From a phage, in assembly GCA_027337125.1 (NCBI GenBank), contig GCA_027337125.1_3057.1: a stretch of 64,000 nt of DNA; one strand, given 5' to 3'. Made by a program: the position numbers and the translations under genes. Below are positions 1 through 10,204 of this stretch, piece after piece. Numbering within the stretch: the first letter of the stretch is position 1; every line of letters begins with the position of its first letter. Under the pieces are notes generated by a model that was given only the letters and a program-made list of their open reading frames with translations, ran no database searches and was not told the DNA's origin.

Positions 1-431
1 CCAATTAAAGGCGTGTTTGTTTTTGATGACGCAGTTAATTTCGTAGCATTTAACAAGATTATTGACGTTATAAATAATATTGAAGATCAATGGTCAGTCC
101 GTCGTCTGATGCAAGCCCTAGGTACGGATTTGATTGTTAATAACTTCGACCGCATGTATTGGGTAAAATTATTTGCTTTAGATTATCTTGATAAATTTAA
201 CTCAGGTTATGATTATTATATCGTTCCTGATACTCGTCAAGATCATGAAATGGATGCGGCTAGGGCGATGGGTGCTACAGTAATTCATGTAGTTCGTCCT
301 GGTCAAAAATCCAATGATACTCATATTACAGAAGCTGGATTGCCAATTCGTGATGGCGATTTAGTAATTACAAACGATGGTTCTCTTGAAGAACTTTTTT
401 CTAAAATTAAAAATACACTAAAGGTACTATA

Positions 432-432
<1 letters not shown>
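1..432 (+). CDS. 1: dNMP kinase gp1, C-terminal part (5' end lies outside window)
   Basis: Frame is open from window start; C-terminus matches recalled T4 gp1 (...GSLEELFSKIKNTLKVL). Confidence 0.9.
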
Positions 433-1129
<697 letters not shown>

Positions 1130-1201
1130 TTTCACAAAGTTGTTTACACGTTGATGAGGTAGTGATACTATTATCTCATCAAAATTAATTAGGAAAATAA
1201 A

Positions 1202-1489
1202 ATGAAAACTTTCAAAGAATTTACTTCTACAACTACCCCGGTTTCTACTATTACTGAAGCTACTCTTACTTCTGAAGTTATTAAAGCAAATAAAGGACGA
1301 GAAGGTAAACCAATGATTAGTTTGGTTGATGGCGAAGAAATCAAAGGTACTGTTTACCTAGGTGATGGGTGGTCTGCTAAAAAGGATGGTGCTACAATCA
1401 TTATCTCTCCTGCTGAAGAAACTGCGTTGTTTAAAGCTAAACACATTTCTGCGGCACATCTCAAGATTATTGCTAAAAATCTTTTGTAA
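1202..1489 (+). CDS. internal head protein at the ipI locus, with capsid-targeting N-terminus
   Basis: N-terminus MKTFKEF resembles T4 CTS (MKTYQEF); 95 aa; early promoter upstream; T4 IPI is an anti-restriction protein. Confidence 0.65.
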   Translation: MKTFKEFTSTTTPVSTITEATLTSEVIKANKGREGKPMISLVDGEEIKGTVYLGDGWSAKKDGATIIISPAEETALFKAKHISAAHLKIIAKNLL

Positions 1490-1565
1490 TAAATATTTCA
1501 CAAAGTTGTTTACAGTAGGGTAGTAGTGTGATACTATTACCCTATCAACTACTGAGGAGAATAAA

Positions 1566-1751
1566 ATGAAACGTTGTGAATTAATTCGAAATGTTGCTAT
1601 TGCAATTTCTGCTTCCGCTTTTAGTTTTTCAATGTTTGCTGGATTTATATGCGGATTATTGACTACAGCAGAAAATGTTTTTTCACTTGTAGTAGCATTT
1701 TTAATTGGTTTAATCGCTATTGTTATGGATAAAATTTCTAAAGGTGAATAA
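1566..1751 (+). CDS. small hydrophobic membrane protein
   Basis: 61 aa, two hydrophobic segments; SD GAGGAG upstream; own early promoter. Confidence 0.5.
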   Translation: MKRCELIRNVAIAISASAFSFSMFAGFICGLLTTAENVFSLVVAFLIGLIAIVMDKISKGE

Positions 1752-2156
1752 ATGAATATTAACGAATATTATGTTTATGCTGGGGATTATGCAAATCCTT
1801 CTCATTTTGAAGGTAATTTAATACCTGATAGAGTTTTTAATACTCCTTTTGAAGCGTGGAGTTGGGTTGAAAGTAAAAATGGATTTTCTTATCGTTATGT
1901 TGAAGTAACTGATTGGAAAGGAACTAAATATCCTAAAGAGCATTATTATGTAGACCCATCTAAAGTAAATTTTCTTTTGTTCGCAGGCGATAATTACTAT
2001 CCTTGCGGTGGATATGATGATTTGATTGCGTATGCTGAAACAGAAGATGAATTACGCCAAATTATTGAAGACAATAAATCAAAACGATTTGGCGATAGTT
2101 TTGACTGGTGGCAAATCGTAAATACCCATACACATACTATTGTTGATAAAGGTTAA
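1752..2156 (+). CDS. hypothetical protein
   Basis: 134-aa ORF, start abuts previous stop, same strand operon. Confidence 0.55.
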   Translation: MNINEYYVYAGDYANPSHFEGNLIPDRVFNTPFEAWSWVESKNGFSYRYVEVTDWKGTKYPKEHYYVDPSKVNFLLFAGDNYYPCGGYDDLIAYAETEDELRQIIEDNKSKRFGDSFDWWQIVNTHTHTIVDKG

Positions 2157-2158
2157 TA

Positions 2159-2443
2159 ATGATTCTTTATGCGAAAGTATCGTCCATTGAAAATGGATAT
2201 AAATATGATCAAGAAGCAGCTAAAGCCTTGATTGATGATTATGGCATTTTAACGTGTTTTGAAGTTGAAAAGGTTTACATTGACCGTTCATCTTCTCAAG
2301 TTAAATTAGTGAAGGAAGACCGTAAATTTAATACAGTAAATTTTGATTTCTTTATTGAAACAGAAAAAGGTCCTCTTGAATATGATATTTTCAAGAATCC
2401 TTTGGGTCTTGAATGCATCGTAAACATGTATTATCATAAATGA
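2159..2443 (+). CDS. hypothetical protein
   Basis: 94-aa ORF tightly packed after previous gene. Confidence 0.5.
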   Translation: MILYAKVSSIENGYKYDQEAAKALIDDYGILTCFEVEKVYIDRSSSQVKLVKEDRKFNTVNFDFFIETEKGPLEYDIFKNPLGLECIVNMYYHK

Positions 2444-2543
2444 TAAATATGCTTTAAGAATTATTTGTTATTATTAACTCATACCGCACTGATTAATACC
2501 CTCTATCATCAAGGGTTCTTATTTGAGAGCCTTTGTTAATAAT

Positions 2544-2616
2544 TGGGAATTAGCCAAGTTGGTAAGGCATAGCACTTTGACTGCTAGATGCAAAGGTTCG
2601 AGTCCTTTATTCCCAG
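2544..2616 (+). tRNA. tRNA-Gln (anticodon TTG)
   Basis: Cloverleaf read by eye: acceptor TGGGAAT/ATTCCCA, T-arm GGTTCGAGTCC, anticodon loop CTTTGAC. Confidence 0.85.
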
Positions 2617-2617
2617 C

Positions 2618-2704
2618 GCGAGAATGGTCAAATTGGTAAAGGCACAGCACTTAAAATGCTGCGGAATGATTTCCTTGTGGGTTCGAGTCCCACTTCTCGT
2701 ACCA
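2618..2704 (+). tRNA. tRNA-Leu (anticodon TAA), long variable arm, CCA encoded
   Basis: Acceptor GCGAGAA/TTCTCGT, anticodon loop CTTAAAA, T-arm GGTTCGAGTCC, 3' ACCA. Confidence 0.85.
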
Positions 2705-2710
2705 AAGTTT

Positions 2711-2782
<72 letters not shown>

Positions 2783-2794
2783 AAATTTAATTTA

Positions 2795-2868
2795 CTCCGT
2801 GTAGCTCAGTTTGGTAGAGCGTCTGCTTTGGGAGCAGAATGTCGCAGGTTCAAATCCTGCCACGGAGA
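2795..2868 (+). tRNA. tRNA-Pro (anticodon TGG)
   Basis: Acceptor CTCCGTG/CACGGAG, anticodon loop TTTGGGA, T-arm GGTTCAAATCC. Confidence 0.85.
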
Positions 2869-2870
2869 CT

Positions 2871-2957
2871 GGAGGCGTGGCAGAGTGGTTTAATGCACCG
2901 GTCTTGAAAACCGGCAGTCGCTCCGGCGACTCATAGGTTCAAATCCTATCGCCTCCG
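2871..2957 (+). tRNA. tRNA-Ser (anticodon TGA), long variable arm
   Basis: Acceptor GGAGGCG/CGCCTCC, anticodon loop CTTGAAA, T-arm GGTTCAAATCC. Confidence 0.85.
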
Positions 2958-2964
2958 TAATTTC

Positions 2965-3037
2965 GCTGATTTAGCTCAGTAGGTAGAGCACCTCACTTGT
3001 AATGAGGATGTCGGCGGTTCGATTCCGTCAATCAGCA
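2965..3037 (+). tRNA. tRNA-Thr (anticodon TGT)
   Basis: Acceptor GCTGATT/AATCAGC, anticodon loop CTTGTAA, T-arm GGTTCGATTCC. Confidence 0.85.
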
Positions 3038-3043
3038 TATCAA

Positions 3044-3115
3044 GGCCCTGTAGCTGGAAGGTTCAAGCAAGCGACTCATAATCGCCAGATGGTGGTTCAA
3101 TTCCACCCAGGGCCA
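3044..3115 (+). tRNA. tRNA-Ile (anticodon CAT, lysidine-type as in T4)
   Basis: Acceptor GGCCCTG/CAGGGCC, anticodon loop TCATAAT, T-arm GGTTCAATTCC. Confidence 0.8.
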
Positions 3116-3156
3116 TATTTTGAGAACATAAATACTCTTAGAAATAGGAGATATTT

Positions 3157-3822
3157 ATGTTCCATTACATTTATAAAATAACAAATAAAATTAATAATAA
3201 AATCTATATAGGCGCTCATTCTACCGAAAATTTAGATGATGGATATATGGGTTCTGGTAAATTATTAAAAAGAGCCCAAGATAAATATGGTATAGAAAAT
3301 TTTTCTAAAGAAATATTAGAGTTCTTTGACGATAAAACCTCTATGTTTGAGTCAGAAAAGAATATTGTGACTGAAGAGTTTTTAAAGCGCCCTGATGTTT
3401 ATAATTTGAAATTAGGTGGTGAAGGTGGTTGGGACCATTTAAACACTAAAGAATATTTGGATAAAAAGAAAGAAGCTTCCTTAAAAGGAGCTGCCGCTTT
3501 TAAAACCAGATTTGAGAACGACCCAGACCTTAAAGAAAAATATCGTAAAATGGGTTCAGAAAGGTTTAAACAGCTTTGGGATAATCCTAAGTATAGAGAG
3601 AAATTTTTAAATACTAAATCTTTCTTGGGTAAGACCCATACTCCTGAAACTATTAATAAAATGAAAGAATCTCACGCCAGAAATAAACACCAACAAGGTG
3701 AAAAGAATTCCCAATTTGGCATGATGTGGATTCATTCATTAGATGAAAAAGTTTCTAAACGTATTAAGAAAACTGACCCAATTCCAGAAGGATGGTTTAA
3801 AGGTCGAAAAATGAAATTTTAA
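3157..3822 (+). CDS. segB: GIY-YIG homing endonuclease SegB-like, inside tRNA cluster
   Basis: N-terminal GIY-YIG motif (IYKITNKINNKIYIGAH); sits between tRNA subclusters as T4 segB does. Confidence 0.8.
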   Translation: MFHYIYKITNKINNKIYIGAHSTENLDDGYMGSGKLLKRAQDKYGIENFSKEILEFFDDKTSMFESEKNIVTEEFLKRPDVYNLKLGGEGGWDHLNTKEYLDKKKEASLKGAAAFKTRFENDPDLKEKYRKMGSERFKQLWDNPKYREKFLNTKSFLGKTHTPETINKMKESHARNKHQQGEKNSQFGMMWIHSLDEKVSKRIKKTDPIPEGWFKGRKMKF

Positions 3823-3825
3823 TTA

Positions 3826-3902
<77 letters not shown>

Positions 3903-4244
3903 GACAAGAAACCGGGTCGCTACCGGTAAGTCGTCGGACTGATGTTCCCTGAGTAAGGAATTGCGTTAATAATCTTTGTGTTTATTGATGCCCTCTTACA
4001 TCACAGCAGAAACGGCGCACCGAATTATCGATTCGAGGAAATATCTTTGCCGTAAGCCGAGTAGCGTTTTTGACGGAACGTTCGGATATGGTCGAGATGT
4101 GGCCTTTTAAAAATATTGAGTAGCGTCAACTACTTAATAACCGGGTTCGAATCCCGGCGTTTCGTACAAACACTTGCCTTAGCAGGTGGAACCCGACAAG
4201 GTTGCCGCAAGGCTTAGCCCCGACCGAAAGGTTGGGGCTTTTTA
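3903..4244 (+). ncRNA. stable small RNAs downstream of tRNA-Arg (T4 species 1/2, rnaC/rnaD-like); boundaries uncertain
   Basis: No ORF; GC-richer structured segment with tRNA-like T-arm (GGTTCGAATCC) ending in hairpin plus T-run; matches T4 rnaC/rnaD position. Confidence 0.45.
4216..4244 (+). terminator. rho-independent terminator closing the tRNA/stable RNA unit
   Basis: AGCCCCGACC-GAAA-GGTTGGGGCT hairpin followed by TTTTT. Confidence 0.55.
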
Positions 4245-4450
4245 GTATCTAGGCCTTTCTGGACCTCTCTAGGCATCATTTAGTTTCTACCCTTTATAAT
4301 ATATTATCTTATCTTTTAATTGTCCCTCCCTGCCCTAGAATTCCCTAAAACTTTTTAAAAATTTTTTCACAAAACTATTTACATCCCTGTTCTTCCATGG
4401 TACTATACAACTATCAACTACTGATACAGAAAAACAACTTGGATAATAAA

Positions 4451-4714
4451 ATGGATAATTACGGCGAACTGTTCAACTTCTTTATGAAATGTGTTTCAGA
4501 AGATTTCGGTCGTACGGTGAATGATATTAAAGTTATCGGTCCTGACCATCCGATGTTTGAAACTTACGCAGTAATGGGTAATGAAGATGGTCAGTGGTAT
4601 ACTGTAAAGGTTGTGATTAACATGTTTACTGCTGAAGGTTATGTTAAACTGTCTTCTAAAGTTTACCACGATAACGACGAAATCGCAGAAGAATATTTCA
4701 ATAATATGAAATAA
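4451..4714 (+). CDS. hypothetical protein
   Basis: Start moved to MDNYGE: the ORF-track start lies inside the promoter -10; 88 aa. Confidence 0.55.
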   Translation: MDNYGELFNFFMKCVSEDFGRTVNDIKVIGPDHPMFETYAVMGNEDGQWYTVKVVINMFTAEGYVKLSSKVYHDNDEIAEEYFNNMK

Positions 4715-4782
4715 ATGTGTACAAACACCAAGGACGGTGTTATTATAGATTTATCAAAACAATCACAGAAGCGGAGAAATAA

Positions 4783-4959
4783 ATGACTACTTTAACTATT
4801 TGGTTTGACGAAAATGAAGAAACATACTGCGTGAACATTGATGAAAGTCCAATGCCTGACTTTGAATCTTCAGATAAGAAGTCGGTTATATCTTGGGCTG
4901 AAGGTTATAAAGCAGCAAAAGGCGATGTTAAAATAGTTTATAAACTCTTTGAAATATAA
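4783..4959 (+). CDS. hypothetical small protein (58 aa)
   Basis: ATG preceded by GGAG; fills intergenic gap; below ORF-track size cut-off. Confidence 0.4.
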   Translation: MTTLTIWFDENEETYCVNIDESPMPDFESSDKKSVISWAEGYKAAKGDVKIVYKLFEI

Positions 4960-5002
4960 TATTCTCACGGATTTTAAATCTTAATCAACCTAAGGAAATA
5001 CT

Positions 5003-5596
5003 ATGAACACACTGAAGAAAATTGTTGAGTTTATTCGCACTAAACTTGGTTCTGCTATGGCTAAAAATCTATCTGTTGAAGAACAGTATACTGCTGCAGC
5101 AGCAAAACTACTTGATAAAATTAAAGATCTAAAAACTGCTTCTGTTAAATCTATTAATGAAGAAAAACGTATTCGTGAACTTGTTATCGAAAAGAATCGA
5201 CAGGCCGAATCAAAAGAGCGTGAAATTCGTAAACTTCTTTCCGAAGGTCAAGATGTAACAATGCATGCTAAACTCGGTTTGCTATATCGTCGAACAGCTG
5301 AACAGTTGACTACTAAAGCTGATGGTTATGCTGAAATGCGAATTGAAATCGCCAAGAAAGTAGTTGAGTTAGATGATGCTCGCCAAGAACTTGCAGTTAA
5401 ATTGGAATATATCCGTGAAACTCGTGCAGCAAATGCCCTTGGAATTAGTACTGCCGATGATGTAGTTGAAATTGCAGCACTGACTAAGGTTGATATTGAA
5501 GATACTCTTGCTCGAGTTGAAACCTTTAATGGCAATATTTCTGGGGTTGAAACCACCTCTGCTGATGTTCAGGAATACATTAATTCTCTGAAATAA
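5003..5596 (+). CDS. coiled-coil protein, PspA/IM30-like architecture (unverified)
   Basis: 197 aa, charged heptad-rich sequence; SD AAGGAAA upstream. Confidence 0.5.
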   Translation: MNTLKKIVEFIRTKLGSAMAKNLSVEEQYTAAAAKLLDKIKDLKTASVKSINEEKRIRELVIEKNRQAESKEREIRKLLSEGQDVTMHAKLGLLYRRTAEQLTTKADGYAEMRIEIAKKVVELDDARQELAVKLEYIRETRAANALGISTADDVVEIAALTKVDIEDTLARVETFNGNISGVETTSADVQEYINSLK

Positions 5597-5601
5597 TGAT
5601 A

Positions 5602-5617
5602 AGGGGCTTCGGCCCCT
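5602..5617 (+). terminator. UUCG-tetraloop hairpin (terminator or RNA stability element)
   Basis: AGGGGC-TTCG-GCCCCT directly after stop; no clear U-tract. Confidence 0.4.
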
Positions 5618-5637
5618 ATTACTTGGAGTAAATAGGA

Positions 5638-6246
5638 ATGAGAATGCAAAATGATTTCAATTCAATGTTTGAAGAGTTCCAAAGACAGGTTGATGTTCCA
5701 GACCAATTACTGAATGCTCTTAAACGCATGGCAGAAGGACGTAATTACTATTGGGGGTCTTCATATGAAACTGACGAAAGTCTTTCTGGAAGATTTTATA
5801 GAGGTAAAAAGTCTTTAATACGTCCTGGAATACTTATTAACAGTATTGAATCAATTCATTCATTGACATGTGATTTTGATGTTGAATTTACTGATTTCAT
5901 TTCTCCTGAATGGACAGTTTGTTATTTAAACGACGATTATGATTATCTTGGCATTTATAGTTTAAGTGACGCATGGTTTAAGCGTAATTTACAAAAGTCA
6001 AATTTATTTTATATTGATACTACGGTAAAATTTCAAGGCAAGAAATATTTCTTTACTCTTATAGTTGACTCTGAAACAAAATATGAAAATAAGCGTATTC
6101 TTAGTAAAAAGAATATCTTGACTATTGTTGATGATCTTTTTGATAAATTCGTAGAAAATCCTAATTTTGAAAGCGATTTATTACTAGAAAAATTTGTTAA
6201 GGAATGTAGAGAATATGTCAAAGCCATCACTATACCTTCCAAGTAA
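5638..6246 (+). CDS. hypothetical protein
   Basis: 202-aa ORF with GGAG SD. Confidence 0.55.
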   Translation: MRMQNDFNSMFEEFQRQVDVPDQLLNALKRMAEGRNYYWGSSYETDESLSGRFYRGKKSLIRPGILINSIESIHSLTCDFDVEFTDFISPEWTVCYLNDDYDYLGIYSLSDAWFKRNLQKSNLFYIDTTVKFQGKKYFFTLIVDSETKYENKRILSKKNILTIVDDLFDKFVENPNFESDLLLEKFVKECREYVKAITIPSK

Positions 6247-6607
6247 ACCTTTGAAGTATGAATTAAAGCGCCAGCTAATTTCTACTGATGTATTAATAGG
6301 TCCTGTTATACTCATATCATTTGTAATTCTATTGATTATTGGAGGTGTTTTAGATGTTATGACTGATATTGATTCTGGCGAAATACTTGTATTAATGCTA
6401 ATTCTTCCATTAATAGTTCCATTTTTATTAGTACCTGTAAATTGGGTAGGATACTGGTATCAAGGAAGGCATTATCGTAAACGCGTACGTGATTGGAAAG
6501 CACAGTGTAAAAAGATTAAAAAGGAATATCAGCTTAAACTTGCTGCGTATGAATTTGATGAAATTATGAAATTTGTTAAGGAATCACGATGCAAAAGCCA
6601 AAACTAA
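6215..6607 (+). CDS. membrane protein (two TM segments)
   Basis: Start at MSKPSLY with AAGGAA SD; hydrophobic helices. Confidence 0.5.
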   Translation: MSKPSLYLPSKPLKYELKRQLISTDVLIGPVILISFVILLIIGGVLDVMTDIDSGEILVLMLILPLIVPFLLVPVNWVGYWYQGRHYRKRVRDWKAQCKKIKKEYQLKLAAYEFDEIMKFVKESRCKSQN

Positions 6608-6951
6608 ATAAAGTCAAATATTCGCTTCCTGAGTCATTTTTAATTTTTGCTGTGGCGTTGGCTGCAGCTCTTGCGGGTAGTCTTTTTGGATTGTTAATTG
6701 ACTGTCTTATTTTAAACATCGATGGCACAGTAAATATAATAGAAGTTTGGAGTGAACTTCGCTATACTAAAATTATTTCATTATTTTCATTCTTTTGTAT
6801 CATTCTATATTTTCATTATGATAATTTTAAAATAAATTGGCAAAGAAAAAAGGATTACAAAATACAATTAAAAGAATATAATAGCTACATGTCTTATATT
6901 GAAAATGAATCAATGAAAGAGTTTGTGATTGATTGCAGGAAATTAAAATGA
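6589..6951 (+). CDS. membrane protein
   Basis: 120 aa with N-terminal and central hydrophobic segments. Confidence 0.5.
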   Translation: MQKPKLNKVKYSLPESFLIFAVALAAALAGSLFGLLIDCLILNIDGTVNIIEVWSELRYTKIISLFSFFCIILYFHYDNFKINWQRKKDYKIQLKEYNSYMSYIENESMKEFVIDCRKLK

Positions 6952-7388
6952 AAACATTATCAGCTGGTATTATCTTTATGACAGAAGATAAAGATTTATT
7001 TATGGGTCGGGTTACTGGTTCTCGTAAGCCTGGAATGATGGCACATCGCTGGGATATTCCAAAGGGCCGTGTAGAAAATTCTGATTTAAGCGCATTAGAT
7101 GCAGCACGAAGAGAATGCTTAGAAGAGACTGGTTTTAGCAATTATAATCCAGACCTTCTAGAAGACCTAGGTGTATTTAAATATTCTAGTAATAAAGACT
7201 TACAGTTATTTTATTATACGATTCCAGTAGAGCATGAGATGTTTAGAAATTGCCATTGCGAGTCTTATTTTGAAAATAAAGATGGTGTTATGATTCCAGA
7301 GATGGATGCTTTTGCTCTTATTCCTCGTACTCAGTGGCAATATGTGATGGGTCCTTCACTTTACCGAATAATGAACAGCCTCTTTTAA
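6948..7388 (+). CDS. nudE: Nudix hydrolase NudE (e.1)
   Basis: Nudix box GRVENSDLSALDAARRECLEETG; immediately upstream of lysozyme as in T4; ORF-track TTG start replaced by ATG with AGGAAA SD. Confidence 0.75.
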   Translation: MKTLSAGIIFMTEDKDLFMGRVTGSRKPGMMAHRWDIPKGRVENSDLSALDAARRECLEETGFSNYNPDLLEDLGVFKYSSNKDLQLFYYTIPVEHEMFRNCHCESYFENKDGVMIPEMDAFALIPRTQWQYVMGPSLYRIMNSLF

Positions 7389-8308
<920 letters not shown>

Positions 8309-8310
8309 TA

Positions 8311-8328
8311 AGGCCTATACTTAGGCCT
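8311..8328 (+). terminator. hairpin after internal-protein gene
   Basis: AGGCCT-atactt-AGGCCT palindromic stem followed by ATTT. Confidence 0.35.
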
Positions 8329-8485
8329 ATTTACATTCAAATAACATGGGAACAAGCTGGACCTCATGATTCTGTGAGGGATTCCCGCCAACCTGTAATA
8401 AGGTCGAGCCCAAGTGCGGTAATGGGTAAATACAGAAACGGACAATTCATGCGCCATGGAATGGCCCAAATTTAGAGATAACAAA

Positions 8486-9028
8486 ATGAAAACATTTTTA
8501 ACTGGTCCTTATCTATCCCTGATGAATGCTTTTACACACCATTCTGATGCTAGAGTAGAAGAAATTTGTAATAGTGGATTTTATGTACCTGATTCGCCAC
8601 ATTTATTTAAAGAATACTGCACACTTCGACTAGATGGTGGACGTCAATCCGGTAAATCAACTGCAGTAACTAATTTTGCCGCTAATTGGTTGTATGACGG
8701 TGGAACAGTTATTGTTCTTTCTAATACTTCAGCTTACGCTAAAATTTCTGCGGGCCACATTAAAAAAGAATTTTCACGCTATTCTAATGATGATATTCGA
8801 TTCCGTTTATTTACTGATTCTGTCCGTAGTTTTGTTGGTAATAGAGGTAGCAAGTTCAGAGGTTTATCGCTTTCGCGGATTTTGTATATAATCGATGAGC
8901 CTGTTAAATCTCCTGATATGGATAAAATTTATGATATTCATATTGAAACTGTGCAACACTGCTGCAATAGTAAATGTTGCATTGGTGGTATTACTCGTCC
9001 ACAGTTTTTCGTAATCGGAATGCAATGA
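8486..9028 (+). CDS. small P-loop NTPase (Walker A/B)
   Basis: GGRQSGKST Walker A and ILYIIDE Walker B; start taken at second ATG (MKTFLTG); boundary uncertain. Confidence 0.5.
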   Translation: MKTFLTGPYLSLMNAFTHHSDARVEEICNSGFYVPDSPHLFKEYCTLRLDGGRQSGKSTAVTNFAANWLYDGGTVIVLSNTSAYAKISAGHIKKEFSRYSNDDIRFRLFTDSVRSFVGNRGSKFRGLSLSRILYIIDEPVKSPDMDKIYDIHIETVQHCCNSKCCIGGITRPQFFVIGMQ

Positions 9029-9354
9029 TGACAGACACACAGCTTTTCGAATATCTTTATTTTTCGCCAAAAACTATTAAAAATAAATTGGTGAATCATT
9101 TTGAAATTTTGGCAAATAACAACGTCTTGAGCGAATTTTATCCTAAGCAGTATAAACTACAAAAAGGTGTATTCAAAGGATGTAGAGTTTTGTGTACTGC
9201 TCCTAATGCACGGTTAATGAATAAAATTCCATATTTTACAATGGAATTTATTGATGGACCTTTTAAAGGACTAATTACCCAGAGTTTAATGGCATATGAT
9301 TCTGAGCCATTTTTAATTAAAGAACAATCTTGGATAAATTTATTTTCTAATTGA
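9025..9354 (+). CDS. hypothetical protein
   Basis: In-frame ATG overlapping upstream stop (ATGATGA), 109 aa. Confidence 0.45.
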   Translation: MMTDTQLFEYLYFSPKTIKNKLVNHFEILANNNVLSEFYPKQYKLQKGVFKGCRVLCTAPNARLMNKIPYFTMEFIDGPFKGLITQSLMAYDSEPFLIKEQSWINLFSN

Positions 9355-9361
9355 GGTTTAT

Positions 9362-9724
9362 ATGAAAGCATATCAAATTCTTGAAGGCACGCACAAAGGT
9401 ACTATTTATTTTGAAGATGGTATTCAAGCACGAATTATCGTTTCTAAAACCTTTAAAGAGGACTCTTTTGTAGACCCAGAAATTTTCTATGGTTTGCATG
9501 CCCGTGAAATTGAAATTGAGCCACAGCCTACAGTTAAAATTGAAGGTGGTCAGCACCTGAACGTTAACGTTCTGCGTCGTGAAACTCTGGAAGATGCAGT
9601 TAAGCATCCGGAAAAATATCCGCAGCTGACCATCCGTGTCTCCGGTTATGCAGTTCGCTTTAACTCTCTGACTCCGGAACAGCAGCGCGACGTTATCGCT
9701 CGTACCTTTACCGAGAGTTTGTAA
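9362..9724 (+). CDS. autonomous glycyl-radical cofactor GrcA/YfiD-like protein
   Basis: C-terminal 60 aa essentially identical to recalled E. coli GrcA / PflB glycyl-radical domain ([10 protein letters not shown]...[29 protein letters not shown]). Confidence 0.8.
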   Translation: MKAYQILEGTHKGTIYFEDGIQARIIVSKTFKEDSFVDPEIFYGLHAREIEIEPQPTVKIEGGQHLNVNVLRRETLEDAVKHPEKYPQLTIRVSGYAVRFNSLTPEQQRDVIARTFTESL

Positions 9725-9945
9725 TGGCAAAGATAATTATTGAAGGTTCTAAAGATGTGCTAAATGCTTTCGCCGAATGGTTTAGTAATTCAGGCGAACA
9801 GCAATTTAATGAAGCATGGAACATGGGTGATATTAGTGGAATTTATCCTACGACAGAAATTTCTGTTCAGGGATATGGCATTCATGAACCTATTCGTTTA
9901 GTTGAATATGATTTGGGTACTGGTGAGGAAGTAAAATATGATTGA
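9724..9945 (+). CDS. hypothetical protein
   Basis: 73-aa ORF, TAATG overlap with grcA-like stop. Confidence 0.5.
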   Translation: MAKIIIEGSKDVLNAFAEWFSNSGEQQFNEAWNMGDISGIYPTTEISVQGYGIHEPIRLVEYDLGTGEEVKYD

Positions 9946-10204
9946 AGATATTAAGGGTTATAAGCCACATACTGACGATAAAATCAGTAAAGTGAATGCT
10001 ATTAAAGATGCTGAAGTTCGTTTAGGACTTATCTTTGACGCTTTATATGATGAATTCTGGGAAGCACTAGATAATTGTGAAGACTGTGAATTCGCGAAGA
10101 ATTATGCTGAAAGCCTCGATCAGTTAACTATTGCTAAAACGAAACTCAAAGAAGCCAGTATGTGGGCTTGTCGTGCTGTGTTCCAACCAGAGGAAAAATA
10201 TTAA
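9938..10204 (+). CDS. hypothetical protein
   Basis: 88-aa acidic ORF with ATGA overlap to previous gene. Confidence 0.5.
   Translation: MIEDIKGYKPHTDDKISKVNAIKDAEVRLGLIFDALYDEFWEALDNCEDCEFAKNYAESLDQLTIAKTKLKEASMWACRAVFQPEEKY

Noticed and set aside
4397-4450. ORF-track start codons placed inside promoter elements or on TTG/GTG upstream of a good ATG (4397, 6933, 7895, 16645, 17639, 22890, 45053 and others)
   Set aside because: These starts overlap the -10 hexamer or a terminator, or lack an SD, while an in-frame ATG with a good SD lies just downstream; the shorter starts were used.
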